DNA of 64,000 nt from Candidatus Spongiisociaceae bacterium (lineage in GTDB: Bacteria; Actinomycetota; Acidimicrobiia; Spongiisociales; Spongiisociaceae). The DNA lies in NCBI GenBank assembly GCA_965219685.1, contig CBDCOH010000002.1:2720001-2784000 (forward strand). Reading direction: 5' to 3'. How positions within the stretch are numbered: the first letter of the stretch is position 1; each line of letters opens with the position of its first letter. This document shows, piece by piece, positions 39,744 through 49,550 of the stretch. The notes beneath the pieces were generated by a model. It was not told the origin of the DNA. It did not search any database and saw nothing but the letters and a program-made list of their open reading frames with translations. Position numbers and translations under genes: made by a program.

Positions 39744-40913
39744 TCAGGTTCCCGCCCTGGCGGGCACCGTTCTCTCCAGTTCGGCGCGCACCAGCGGGTC
39801 GTCCCCGTCGTCCAGCGCGTCCAGCCCCAGTCCGAGCCGGCGCGCGCACCAGACGGCATGGGCTCGAACGATCGGGTCCGGATCGGCGAGCGCTCCGTCG
39901 ACCGCGGCCCGGACCCGAGGATCGGAGGGTTCCCCTATGTTTCCGAGTGCCACCAGCGCGTTCCGTCTCAGGTAGCGGGGTTGGCGGCGGGGTATGTACC
40001 AGCGTCCGTAGCGAGCCATCAGTTCCTCGTCCGAGGCATCGAGTAGATCGAGCAGCGAGACCCAAGCCGTGTCTCCATGCCCGCCGATGTCCGCGGCGTG
40101 GTCACCGCCCGACCCGCCTTCGTTGGCCCGGCGGCGTCGACGTGTCGGCGTACCGAGCCGGACCCGCACCCGGTTGGGGGGGCACACGTCGGCACAGTCG
40201 TCGCACCCGTAGATCCGGTCACCCAGCGCCACCCGGAAGTCCGGGTCGAACACGCCGGTCTTCTGTACCAGCCATGCAAGGCATCTGCGCGCGTCCACAG
40301 TGCCGGGAGCCACGATGGCTCCCGTCGGGCAACCATCCAGGCATTGACGGCACGACCCGCAGCCATCCTGTACGGGCTCCGGATTGGCATTGCACAGTTC
40401 GGCGTCGGTGACCACAGCCCCTAGTACCACCAAGCTGCCCGCTCCGGGGACCAGGATGTTCGAGCTCTTCCCCCACCACCCGATGCCGGCCCGATGAGCC
40501 GCCGCCCGGTCCACCAGGTGATTCTCGTCCGCCACCACGATCGCGCGGTGCCCCGCCGCCCGCAAGGGCTCTGCGATCGACTCCAACGCCGATCGCAGGT
40601 CGGCGTAGTGGTCATCCCGAGCGTACGCCGCGACCCGCGCGTAGGGCCGGTCGTCGGTGGGCGGCTCAGGGTCCCCGCCCCAGAAGTCGAGCGCGCCGAC
40701 CACCAGGCTGGCGGCTCCCGGGAGTGAGCGAGCGGGGTCGGTGGAGCGGTCCGGGTTGCGGTAGGTGAACTGCATCCCGGCGTGCAGCCCCTCCTGCCTC
40801 CGCCTTCGGAGAACCTGCGCCGTGTCGTTGAAGGGCTCGGCGCGGCAGACGCCCACGGCGCGCAGCCCGGCGCGCCGACCGATTTCGATGAGCATGTCAA
40901 CCGTTACGGCCAC
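39744..40913 (-). CDS. queG: tRNA epoxyqueuosine(34) reductase
   Basis: VAAYARDDHY, CGSCRQCLDGCP, IYGCDDCADVCP, RRNALVALGN. Confidence 0.92.
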   Translation of the reverse strand: MAVTVDMLIEIGRRAGLRAVGVCRAEPFNDTAQVLRRRRQEGLHAGMQFTYRNPDRSTDPARSLPGAASLVVGALDFWGGDPEPPTDDRPYARVAAYARDDHYADLRSALESIAEPLRAAGHRAIVVADENHLVDRAAAHRAGIGWWGKSSNILVPGAGSLVVLGAVVTDAELCNANPEPVQDGCGSCRQCLDGCPTGAIVAPGTVDARRCLAWLVQKTGVFDPDFRVALGDRIYGCDDCADVCPPNRVRVRLGTPTRRRRRANEGGSGGDHAADIGGHGDTAWVSLLDLLDASDEELMARYGRWYIPRRQPRYLRRNALVALGNIGEPSDPRVRAAVDGALADPDPIVRAHAVWCARRLGLGLDALDDGDDPLVRAELERTVPARAGT

Positions 40914-41290
40914 TCCCCCATCGTGGCAGATCCGAACGAGAGGGATCCTCGACAGTCCCCGACCGGATCGGATAGCCCCACCCCCCCAGTGAGGACCGTC
41001 CCCTCGGACCGATGGTCGCGAAACATGCTCGGCGAAGGGGGTTGATGTTCCCCCTGTGCCATCGCATAGTGGGTGGACCAAGCACCCGGGCGGTTCCGAA
41101 GCGGACGTCCTTAGGACCGCTCGAGGGGTCAGATCGTCGGAACCCGCAGGGCTGAACGGGCAGAGAGGCGCATGTTCCGGTCCCCGGCAAGGTGGTGGTG
41201 GGGGTGGGCCCGGCGGAGGAGTCGGCTGGTGGGGTTTTCGCGACCTCGGGGCCTCCGGATGCTCCGGAGGCGGCTTGCCGGGTCTACTGC

Positions 41291-42667
41291 TCAGCGACGC
41301 AAGAGATGGTAGGCGGTCTCCCCGGCCCAGGATCGGCGGCCGGTCCTGAACTCCTTACGATCGGCCCAACCCATCACCGCGCGGGTACCCCTGATGCCGA
41401 GCCACCGAATCGGTTCCGGCTCCCAGGGGCGCGACTCGACCCCGACCCAGGGCAGCGAGGCCAACTCCGAGTCCGCGCCGGTCACGAGGTCCGCCAGGGT
41501 TCGGCCCGCCAGGTTGGACGGCGCCACACCTTCCCCGACGTATCCTCCGGCGGTTCCGAACCCGCGGTCGCGGTCGAAGCGCACCGACGGCATCCAGTTC
41601 CGGGGAGCGCCGAGCACCCCTCCCCATCGATGCGTTATCTCGACGCCGTCGAGCACGGGAAAGATCTCCACCAGCACACTTCGGATCAGGTCGTGGGAGC
41701 GCCGGTCCCGTTCCGTTGCAGGGCTGATGCGGGAACCGTATCGGTACGGGACGGCGCGACCCCCGAAAGCGATCCGGTCGTCGGCTGTGCGCTGGCCGTA
41801 AATCACCGCGTAGCGGTCGTCGGCGAACGTCGGACGGGTCGCCAACCCTATCTTGGCCAAGGTCGCCCGGTCCAGGGGCTCGGTGGCGATCATCAGCGAG
41901 TAGAGAGGCACCAACGACCGGCGCTGTCCGGGCAGGTCGCGGGTATACGCCTCGAGGGCCCGGATCACGACCGGCGCGGTGACCATCCCGCGGCTGGTGG
42001 TGACGCGGCCCTTCTCCAGCGAGGTCGCGGGCGTCTGCTCGACGATGCGGACCCCTCGTCGCTCGACCACCTCGGCGAGGCCCCGCACCAAACGGGCAGG
42101 GTCGAGGGCCGCGCAAGGCTCGTAGAAGATCCCTCCATGAAGGTCGGTGGGATTGGCGTACTCGCGGACCTGCTTCGGAGACAGGAGGCGGATAACGTCC
42201 TCTCCGATCCCATGGGACCGGTGCTGCTCGATCTCGGCCCGCTGGCGGCGGGCCTGCGCCCGGTTGCGCGCAAAGCGTACGACGCCCCCCCTCGCGAAGC
42301 CGCAGTCGATGCCCTCGGCGGCGACCACCCGCCCAACCTCGTCGACCGAACGGTGCACGTGGCGCAGCAGTCTCAGAGCGGCATCCTGGCCCGCACGCCG
42401 CGCGTAACTGCCCACCCCGGCCACCAGTTCGCCGACGCACCACCCACCGTTGCGCCCGGAGGCACCGAAACCACAAGTCTCCCGCTCGACCACCAGAATC
42501 GACAGGGACGGATCGCGCTCGACCAGGTAGTAGGCGGTCCATAAACCCGTGAAGCCGCCGCCGACGATGACGACATCCACCTCGGTGTCGCCGTCGAGCG
42601 CGGGCCGGGGTACGAGATCTCCCGGATAGTTCGCCAGCCATAGCGACAGGTTCGAGTACTCCGACAC
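41291..42667 (-). CDS. FAD-dependent oxidoreductase (DadA/PuuB-like amine oxidase)
   Basis: DVVIVGGGFTGLWTAY, GFGASGRNGG, THRWGG, GY.GEGV. Confidence 0.9.
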   Translation of the reverse strand: MSEYSNLSLWLANYPGDLVPRPALDGDTEVDVVIVGGGFTGLWTAYYLVERDPSLSILVVERETCGFGASGRNGGWCVGELVAGVGSYARRAGQDAALRLLRHVHRSVDEVGRVVAAEGIDCGFARGGVVRFARNRAQARRQRAEIEQHRSHGIGEDVIRLLSPKQVREYANPTDLHGGIFYEPCAALDPARLVRGLAEVVERRGVRIVEQTPATSLEKGRVTTSRGMVTAPVVIRALEAYTRDLPGQRRSLVPLYSLMIATEPLDRATLAKIGLATRPTFADDRYAVIYGQRTADDRIAFGGRAVPYRYGSRISPATERDRRSHDLIRSVLVEIFPVLDGVEITHRWGGVLGAPRNWMPSVRFDRDRGFGTAGGYVGEGVAPSNLAGRTLADLVTGADSELASLPWVGVESRPWEPEPIRWLGIRGTRAVMGWADRKEFRTGRRSWAGETAYHLLRR

Positions 42668-42690
42668 CGCCGGGAGTATATGATCCGGTC

Positions 42691-43308
42691 GTGAACGAAG
42701 AGCTTCGGTACTGCCAGATCGAGACCCGCTGGGCGGAGGACCTCGAGGCGCTGGAGCTAAGGGCGTTTCCCAGTGTCGATCCGGCTGACCTGTACTCGGC
42801 ACCCGAACTCACCGACCTTGCCGAGGCGTTCCCCGAGGGCAACTTCGTGGTGCTGGACGGCGACGAGCCGATCGCCATGGGTCTCGGGGTGCGCGTCAAC
42901 TTCGACCTGAGCAGGCCCCAGCACCGGCTAAAGGATCTCATGGCCGAGGGCGGAAAGGCCGGGCACAACCCCAACGGCGAGTGGTATTACGGAACCGACA
43001 TCTCGGTGGATCCCCGCTACCGGCGTCGCGGGATCGGGAGCCGCCTCTACGACCTCCGCAAGGGCGTATGCCGCCGGCTGGGACTACGCGGCATCATCGC
43101 CGGTGGCGTGATCCCCGGCTACGCCGACCACAAGGATTCCATGACCGCCGCCGAGTACGTGGCCAAGGTGGCGGCCGGCGAACTCTACGACCGTACGCTG
43201 AGCTTCCAGGTCAGGAACGGGTTCGAGGTCCGGGGCGTTCTTGAGAACTACATGCACGACCCGACCGTCGACAGTTGGGCGTCGTTGATCGTGTGGCCGA
43301 ACGAGTGA
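42691..43308 (+). CDS. GNAT-family N-acetyltransferase
   Basis: ISVDPRYRRRGIGSRLY acetyl-CoA motif; DRTLSFQ..NGF. Confidence 0.88.
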   Translation: MNEELRYCQIETRWAEDLEALELRAFPSVDPADLYSAPELTDLAEAFPEGNFVVLDGDEPIAMGLGVRVNFDLSRPQHRLKDLMAEGGKAGHNPNGEWYYGTDISVDPRYRRRGIGSRLYDLRKGVCRRLGLRGIIAGGVIPGYADHKDSMTAAEYVAKVAAGELYDRTLSFQVRNGFEVRGVLENYMHDPTVDSWASLIVWPNE

Positions 43309-43480
43309 GGTCGATCCGACCAACGAACCGGTTCCCCCTTCGTGTACCGCGCCCACAGCCGCTGACCGAGTGATCTACCCGAGTCGAGGGGTTCGGTCGG
43401 TTTGACTCTCGGGCCTGGCATGATATGTGGTTCACGATATTCTACGTACAATACGAGTTGTAGACTATCGGAACGGTGGT

Positions 43481-43867
43481 ATGGTTGACGCCATGGAGAT
43501 GGACGCCAACGCCCAGATCATCGTCGCTGTAGCTCTAGGTGTGCTGACCATCGTCTGGAACCAGCAGAGAAGCGTAGGCAATCTACGTCAGGAGTTCCAG
43601 GAAGCCAACAAGGAGCTACGCCGGGAACTCCAGGAAGCTCACTCTCAGATGCGTCAGGAGTTCCAGGAAGCTCACTCGCAGATGCGGCACGAGTCCCAGG
43701 AAGCCAACGCGCAACTTCGTGGGGCCGTAGCCAGGAACGGGGAGAGGCTGGCCCGGATCGAGGGACATCTAGGCATCGGTGTGGACGCTCCCCGCGCGCC
43801 CCGGACGAGCGGGACCCGAGCCCATACCGACGAAGCGGCTCAGACCCGCCACGCCGCAACAGGCTGA
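43481..43867 (+). CDS. small membrane-anchored coiled-coil protein with four 11-aa (33-bp) repeats
   Basis: N-terminal hydrophobic helix, RQEFQEAxxxx x4, RLARIEG tail. Confidence 0.7.
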   Translation: MVDAMEMDANAQIIVAVALGVLTIVWNQQRSVGNLRQEFQEANKELRRELQEAHSQMRQEFQEAHSQMRHESQEANAQLRGAVARNGERLARIEGHLGIGVDAPRAPRTSGTRAHTDEAAQTRHAATG

Positions 43868-43956
43868 CGGCCGTTTCGCTATCGACTCGGTGGTTCGTGA
43901 CCTGTCACCCACCGCAGGCCTAACGGGTCGTGGCGGGTGATTCGGGCGGCGTCTGC

Positions 43957-44457
43957 TCAGCCGAGGGCAGCGAGGGCGCCGTCGTAGTCGGGCTCGTCAA
44001 CTATCTCCGGCACCAGGTGCGAGTAGAGCACCGTCCCGTCGCGGTCGATGACCACCACGGCCCTTGCGCACAGTCCTTCGAGCGGTCCGTCCACCATGCC
44101 CACCCCGAACGCGTCCATGAACTCCCGGTTGCGGAACACCGAGCCTGTGACGACGTTGCCGATTCCCTCGGCTTCGCAGAAGCGGCCCGCCGCGAAGGGT
44201 AGGTCGGCCGAGACACACACGACCGTGGTGTCTTCGAGCGCGGCGGCGCGCTCGTTGAATGCCCGGACGGAGGCGGCGCAGGTGCCCGTGTCGACCGACG
44301 GAAAGATGTTGAGAACCACGCGCCCCCCGGCGAGGTCTCCGGAAGATACGGAGCCGAGATCCTTGGTGGTGAGGGTGAAGCCCGGCGCCGCGGCGCCGAC
44401 CGCGGGCAGGTCCCCGCTCGTGTTGACCGCGTTCCCGTGCAGTGCCGTTCGTGCCAT
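43957..44457 (-). CDS. tpx: thiol peroxidase (atypical 2-Cys peroxiredoxin)
   Basis: NIFPSVDTGTC, SADLPFA..RFC, EPDYD. Confidence 0.95.
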   Translation of the reverse strand: MARTALHGNAVNTSGDLPAVGAAAPGFTLTTKDLGSVSSGDLAGGRVVLNIFPSVDTGTCAASVRAFNERAAALEDTTVVCVSADLPFAAGRFCEAEGIGNVVTGSVFRNREFMDAFGVGMVDGPLEGLCARAVVVIDRDGTVLYSHLVPEIVDEPDYDGALAALG

Positions 44458-44566
44458 GCGTTTCTCCTTCGAATTCCGCGTCCGGCACCGGTGAATCGTG
44501 CGGCCGGCACCGAGAACGCCGGCCGGACGGCCGACCCGTCAAGGTTAGCGATCGCGGAATGCCCGA

Positions 44567-45796
44567 TCAGTCCTCAAGGTGTGACGTGATGTTGTAGGTG
44601 GCCAGGACCGGATGGCCGGAGGCTCCGATGGCCACCTGTGTGACCGAGGCGTTGTCGAGGGATGCGAGAAGCCGGGCCTTCTCGAATCCGAAGTCCAGCA
44701 CGGAACCTGCACAGGCTCTGATGGCCCCGCCGTGCGAGACCACCGCCACTCTCCGGCGCGGATGGGTCTCAACCAGCGATTCGAGGAACGGCGCCATTCT
44801 CCGCTGCACCTCGCTCCATGTCTCGCCGGCGTGATCCCAGCCGGGGCCGGCCCCACCCCTCAGGTCTCCACCCCCGCGTCGCGGCGCCTCCACCTCGGGC
44901 CACTTGTCTCCGTCCCGTCCGGCCAGGTCGACCTCCCCTAGCCCCGGAACCGCGACAGGTGGGCCACCACCGAGGATCCCGGCTGTCTCCATCGCCCGGC
45001 CGAGAGGGGACGAGTACACCTGGTCGATCTCCCCGATCCTGTCCCTCAGCCTCTCGGTCTGGAGTTTTCCGCTGGGATGGAGGCCGTCCCGACCGCGCCG
45101 ACCCCTCCGTTCCGCGTTGGCATAGGTAGCCCCATGGCGGATCAACTCCACCACCACCCCTCCTCCCAGCCTCATCTGTTCCGACCAAGCGGGAACGGGA
45201 GCCGGATGAGCCGCATCGTTGAACCGACGCATGACCGCTCCATCCCTCCCGAAGCTCAACTCGCAAAGGGAGGCGTTGGACACGAGCCCGAGGCGGCGTC
45301 GGTCCGACGGGAGGTCCAGAAGGAGCCGCAGGAGGGCGCCTATCAGGCCGGCGTGGGTCACGACCAGAGCGGTCTGACCTTCGTCGAGCCGGCTGACCAC
45401 GTCGTGAACGCCCTCCCAACCGCGCTCTCCAGCTTGCCGGGGAGACTCCCCGGTCACGCCTACGGGCATGTCGTAGTCGTAGTGGAGCCGCTCCAACTCC
45501 TCTCCGAAGTGAGCCATCACATACCGGCGGTCCAGCCCCTCCCACTCGCCCACGTCCCCCTCCCGCCAAATCTGACGGCGACGTGGCTCGAAGCCTGCGG
45601 CTCTCGCCGTATCCACGCACCGTTCCAAGTCCGACGACTCGACAAGCGCCAGGCGCCGACCGGCCAGCCTCCCCCCGGAGCGCCGCGCTTGGCGAAGCCC
45701 CCTGGATGTCAAAGGACTGGAACCTGTCCCCTGCCAGACCCCGCGCGCGTTGGCTGCCGACTCCCCGTGGCGCATCAGGATCACGTTCCTGGCCAA
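44567..45796 (-). CDS. tandem two-domain histidine phosphatase
   Basis: Two RHG motifs plus THAG and SHGG. Confidence 0.9.
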   Translation of the reverse strand: MARNVILMRHGESAANARGVWQGTGSSPLTSRGLRQARRSGGRLAGRRLALVESSDLERCVDTARAAGFEPRRRQIWREGDVGEWEGLDRRYVMAHFGEELERLHYDYDMPVGVTGESPRQAGERGWEGVHDVVSRLDEGQTALVVTHAGLIGALLRLLLDLPSDRRRLGLVSNASLCELSFGRDGAVMRRFNDAAHPAPVPAWSEQMRLGGGVVVELIRHGATYANAERRGRRGRDGLHPSGKLQTERLRDRIGEIDQVYSSPLGRAMETAGILGGGPPVAVPGLGEVDLAGRDGDKWPEVEAPRRGGGDLRGGAGPGWDHAGETWSEVQRRMAPFLESLVETHPRRRVAVVSHGGAIRACAGSVLDFGFEKARLLASLDNASVTQVAIGASGHPVLATYNITSHLED

Positions 45797-45839
45797 GTAC
45801 CCATCTCCTCGTCCGCCGTTCCGGCCGCGGTCCTTCGTC

Positions 45840-47084
45840 CTACCCGGCCCGTGCCTTCTCGAGATGGCCGGTAACGTTGTAGGTGGCGATGGCCGGCTTC
45901 CCGTCCGCGGTTACCACCACCTGGGTCACCGACGTGTTGCCCAGGGACCCGATGAGGCGAGCCTTCTCGAATCCGAAGCCGAGAGCGAAACCCGCGTAGG
46001 CACGTATCGCCCCTCCGTGGGAGGCTACCGCTACCCGACCCCCGGGGTGGGTCCGCTGGAGGGCGTTGAGGAATCCCGAGGTCCTGTTCTGGACGTCGCT
46101 CCATGTCTCGCCGGTATGACCGCGACGGATGTCGTTCCCGTCGGTGGGATACCCGCCCAGCTTGCCGGAAGCCTCGAGTTCTTCCCACAGTTCGCCCTCC
46201 CACTCCCCAAGGCTTATCTCCACCATCTCGTTGACCGGGATGGCCGGTCGCCCGAAAACGAGTTCGGCGGTGGCCATTGCCCTGCCCAGGGACGATGAGT
46301 AGACCTCATCCACCTCTCCGATCCAGCCGCTCAGCTTCAGGGACTGGGCACGTCCGGCGGGATGGAGGCCGTTGTCCCGCCGCCCCTGGACACGGCGCTC
46401 CAGATTGGCGTGGGTAACCCCGTGGCGGATCAGGTCGATCACGATCGCCCCTTGCATGCGCATGTCGGAAGACCAACCGGTCACCGGACCGAGATGGGCG
46501 GCGTCGTTGTATCTAATGAGAGCCGGGCCGTGGTCGTGGAGAGTCAGTTCGGAGAAGGCCGTATTGCTCAACTGAGCTAGCCGGCGACGGCCCGTGGGCA
46601 AATCCAGCAGCCTCCACAGCACCGCGCCGATCAGACCACCATGGGTGACGACCAGTGCGGTCTCCCCGTCGCGCAACCGGGCGACCAGATCATCCAGTGC
46701 CGCACACCCCCGCTCGGCGACCTGCCTGGGTGACTCGCCGGTCACGCCCATTCGCATGTCGTAGTCCCAGTGAAGCCGTGCGATCTCTTCGGCGTAGCTG
46801 TCCTGGGCAAGCCTTTCGGTAATGCCCTCCCACCGACCGATGTCGCCTTCCCGCCATGCGGACCGCTGGAGCGGCTCGAACCCGGCCACTCGAGCGGTGT
46901 CGACGGAACGCTCCAGGTCGGAGGATTCGACGATGGTGAACCGGCGCCCCGCCAGCCTTTCCCCGGCCTTCCCGGCCTGGGCGCGACCTCTCGCCGTCAG
47001 CGGACTGGAACCGGCGCCCTGGAACAGGTGACGCGCGTTGGCCTCGGACTCGCCGTGGCGCATCAGGATCACATGCTTCGCCAT
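45840..47084 (-). CDS. tandem two-domain histidine phosphatase (paralog of the neighbouring gene)
   Basis: Two RHG motifs plus THGG and SHGG; colinear with 44567-45796. Confidence 0.9.
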   Translation of the reverse strand: MAKHVILMRHGESEANARHLFQGAGSSPLTARGRAQAGKAGERLAGRRFTIVESSDLERSVDTARVAGFEPLQRSAWREGDIGRWEGITERLAQDSYAEEIARLHWDYDMRMGVTGESPRQVAERGCAALDDLVARLRDGETALVVTHGGLIGAVLWRLLDLPTGRRRLAQLSNTAFSELTLHDHGPALIRYNDAAHLGPVTGWSSDMRMQGAIVIDLIRHGVTHANLERRVQGRRDNGLHPAGRAQSLKLSGWIGEVDEVYSSSLGRAMATAELVFGRPAIPVNEMVEISLGEWEGELWEELEASGKLGGYPTDGNDIRRGHTGETWSDVQNRTSGFLNALQRTHPGGRVAVASHGGAIRAYAGFALGFGFEKARLIGSLGNTSVTQVVVTADGKPAIATYNVTGHLEKARAG

Positions 47085-47199
47085 GAACTCCTGCTCGCTC
47101 CGCTAGCACCGAGGCGCGCAGCTACCCACCCGCATGGCCGAAGCGCATGGACTCCGCCTGCCGTGCCCAGAACCCGATTCTCCGTTGGAACTGCCTGCG

Positions 47200-49263
47200 T
47201 CAGATGAACGCCGCCGCGAAGATGAGGGACACGATCGTCATGACCTTGATCACAATGTTCATCGCAGGGCCTGACGTGTCTTTGAAGGGGTCTCCGACCG
47301 TATCGCCGATGACCGCGGCCTTGTGCTGCTCGGACCCCTTACCCCCGAATGCACCCGACTCGATCAGCTTCTTGGCGTTGTCCCACGCACCGCCGGCGTT
47401 CGCCATGAAGATGGCGAGCAGGAACCCGGTGACGAGCGCACCGGCGAGTAGCCCGCCCAGCGCTTCCACATCGATGAACCCCACGACCAGCGGGAGGGCC
47501 ACCGCCAGCGCACCGGGCACGATCATCTCCCGAAGGGCGGATCCGGTCGCTATGTCGACTGCCTTGGCGTACTCGGGTTTCGCGTCCGGGTCACCCTTGA
47601 GCAACCCCGGGATCTCGCGGAACTGGCGCCTAACCTCCTCGATCATCCGGAAGGCGGCCCGGCTGACCGCGTTGATGGTCAGAGATGCGAAAAGGAACGG
47701 GAACATCGCCCCCAGGAACAGGCCGACCGTGGTCCCGACGTTGGTGATGTCTATGGAATCGAGCCCCACCGCCTGCGTGAAGGCTGCGAAAAGGGCGAGC
47801 GCGGTGACAGCCGCCGAGCCGATCGCGAAGCCCTTTCCCAGGGCGGCTGTGGTGTTGCCCAGGGCGTCCAACTCATCGGTGGCTTCCCGGACCTCGGGGG
47901 GCAGGTGCGCCATCTCGGCGATGCCGCCGGCATTGTCGGCAATCGGCCCGTAGGCGTCGACCGCCACGGTGATCCCAAGAGTCGACAGGACGCCGATGGC
48001 GGCGATGGCCACCCCGTAGATGCCTCCCCCTTCCCCGATCGCCCAGTCCCCCGCCGCGTAGGCTCCGGCGATGCCCGCCGCAACGACGATCACGGAGAAG
48101 GCGGCGGACCGCATCCCTTCGGCGATGCCCGCCAGCACCACCGTGGCGGGGCCGGTCTCCGTCTGGCGGGCGATCTCCTTCACGGTCTTGTAGTGGTCGG
48201 ACGTGAAAACCTCCGAGAGCTTGCCCACCAGTATCCCCACCACCAGGCCTACCAGCACCGCCAGGGCCAGACCGAACGGGTTCTCCACCCCGTCCGCGTC
48301 CCCGAAGATGACGTTCGTGAGGATCAGGGTTCCGACGACCGTGAGCGCCACGGCGACGTTGTTGCCCCGGTGGAGGGCCTTGGCGAGGTTGTCCCCCGTA
48401 ACCCGAACGAAGAAGGAGCCGATGATGGCCGCCAGCATCCCGACCGCCGCAATCGCCAGCGGGAACATGATGGCCTCGACAACGAAGGAACTCGAAGCGA
48501 ACACGATGGCCGCGTATGCGATGGGAGCGACGATCGAACCGACATACGACTCGAACAGGTCCGCCCCCATGCCGGCCACGTCACCGACGTTGTCGCCCAC
48601 GTTGTCGGCGATCACCGCCGGGTTCCGCGGATCGTCCTCGGGTATGCCGGCTTCGACCTTGCCGACCAGGTCAGCGCCCACGTCGGCCGCCTTGGTGTAG
48701 ATACCGCCCCCGACGCGTGCGAAGAGAGCGATCGAGGAACCTCCCAATCCGATCGCAGCGATGATGTTGTACTGGTCGGCGTCTGCGATCTCAAGAACGT
48801 TGACGAACAGCAGGTATCCGATCGTCACCCCTAGCAGTCCCAGACCGGCAACGCTGAACCCCATCACCGCGCCTCCCCGGAAGGCCACCGGGAGGGCCCG
48901 CTTGACGCCGCCAACCCGGGCCGCTTCGGTGGTTCTGGAGTTGGCGGAGGTTGCGATCCTCATGCCCACGAACCCTGCGGCGGCCGAGAGCACCGCCCCG
49001 AAGACGTAGGCGATGGACCCCCATGGCGCCCCCCATGGCAGAACCACGGAGATCAGGATGGCCAGAACGACGACGAAGACGGCCACCCATGTGTATTCAC
49101 GCTTCATGAAGGCGTCGGCGCCTTCGCGGATGGCTGCCGACAGCTCTCGCATCCGATCGTTGCCCGGGTCTGCGGCCAGAACTACCCGTGCGTAGTACAC
49201 GGCTAGTGCCAACGCCGCCAAACCGGCGATGAGGGCGCTCACCAATACAGCGTCTGAGGACAT
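47200..49263 (-). CDS. hppA: membrane-bound ion-translocating pyrophosphatase, K+-dependent type (possibly Na+-pumping)
   Basis: GGGIYTKAADVGADLVGKVE, DNVGDNVGD, GNTTAA (Ala marks K+ dependence), GDTVGDPFKD. Confidence 0.95.
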   Translation of the reverse strand: MSSDAVLVSALIAGLAALALAVYYARVVLAADPGNDRMRELSAAIREGADAFMKREYTWVAVFVVVLAILISVVLPWGAPWGSIAYVFGAVLSAAAGFVGMRIATSANSRTTEAARVGGVKRALPVAFRGGAVMGFSVAGLGLLGVTIGYLLFVNVLEIADADQYNIIAAIGLGGSSIALFARVGGGIYTKAADVGADLVGKVEAGIPEDDPRNPAVIADNVGDNVGDVAGMGADLFESYVGSIVAPIAYAAIVFASSSFVVEAIMFPLAIAAVGMLAAIIGSFFVRVTGDNLAKALHRGNNVAVALTVVGTLILTNVIFGDADGVENPFGLALAVLVGLVVGILVGKLSEVFTSDHYKTVKEIARQTETGPATVVLAGIAEGMRSAAFSVIVVAAGIAGAYAAGDWAIGEGGGIYGVAIAAIGVLSTLGITVAVDAYGPIADNAGGIAEMAHLPPEVREATDELDALGNTTAALGKGFAIGSAAVTALALFAAFTQAVGLDSIDITNVGTTVGLFLGAMFPFLFASLTINAVSRAAFRMIEEVRRQFREIPGLLKGDPDAKPEYAKAVDIATGSALREMIVPGALAVALPLVVGFIDVEALGGLLAGALVTGFLLAIFMANAGGAWDNAKKLIESGAFGGKGSEQHKAAVIGDTVGDPFKDTSGPAMNIVIKVMTIVSLIFAAAFI

Positions 49264-49317
49264 GGCAGGAACCTTCCTTGGAGCGGGTGGCCTGAGTATA
49301 TGGCAGGTGCCGGGTGG

Positions 49318-49401
49318 CTGGTGACTGGTGACTGGTGACTGGTGACTGGTGACTGGTGACTGGTGACTGGTGACTGGTGACTGGTGACTGGTGACTGGTG
49401 A
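49318..49401 (+). repeat. heptamer array (CTGGTGA)x12
   Basis: Perfect repeat upstream of the hppA start. Confidence 0.98.
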
Positions 49402-49438
49402 CCCATACCTACTTAATCACTGCTAACATATATAATTT

Positions 49439-49550
49439 TTCACTATTCACTATTCACTATTCACTATTCACTATTCACTATTCACTATTCACTATTCACT
49501 ATTCACTATTCACTACTCACTACTCACTACTCACTATTCACTATTCACTA
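49439..49550 (+). repeat. heptamer array (TTCACTA/CTCACTA)x16
   Basis: Sixteen units; the last contains the glcB stop codon. Confidence 0.98.
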
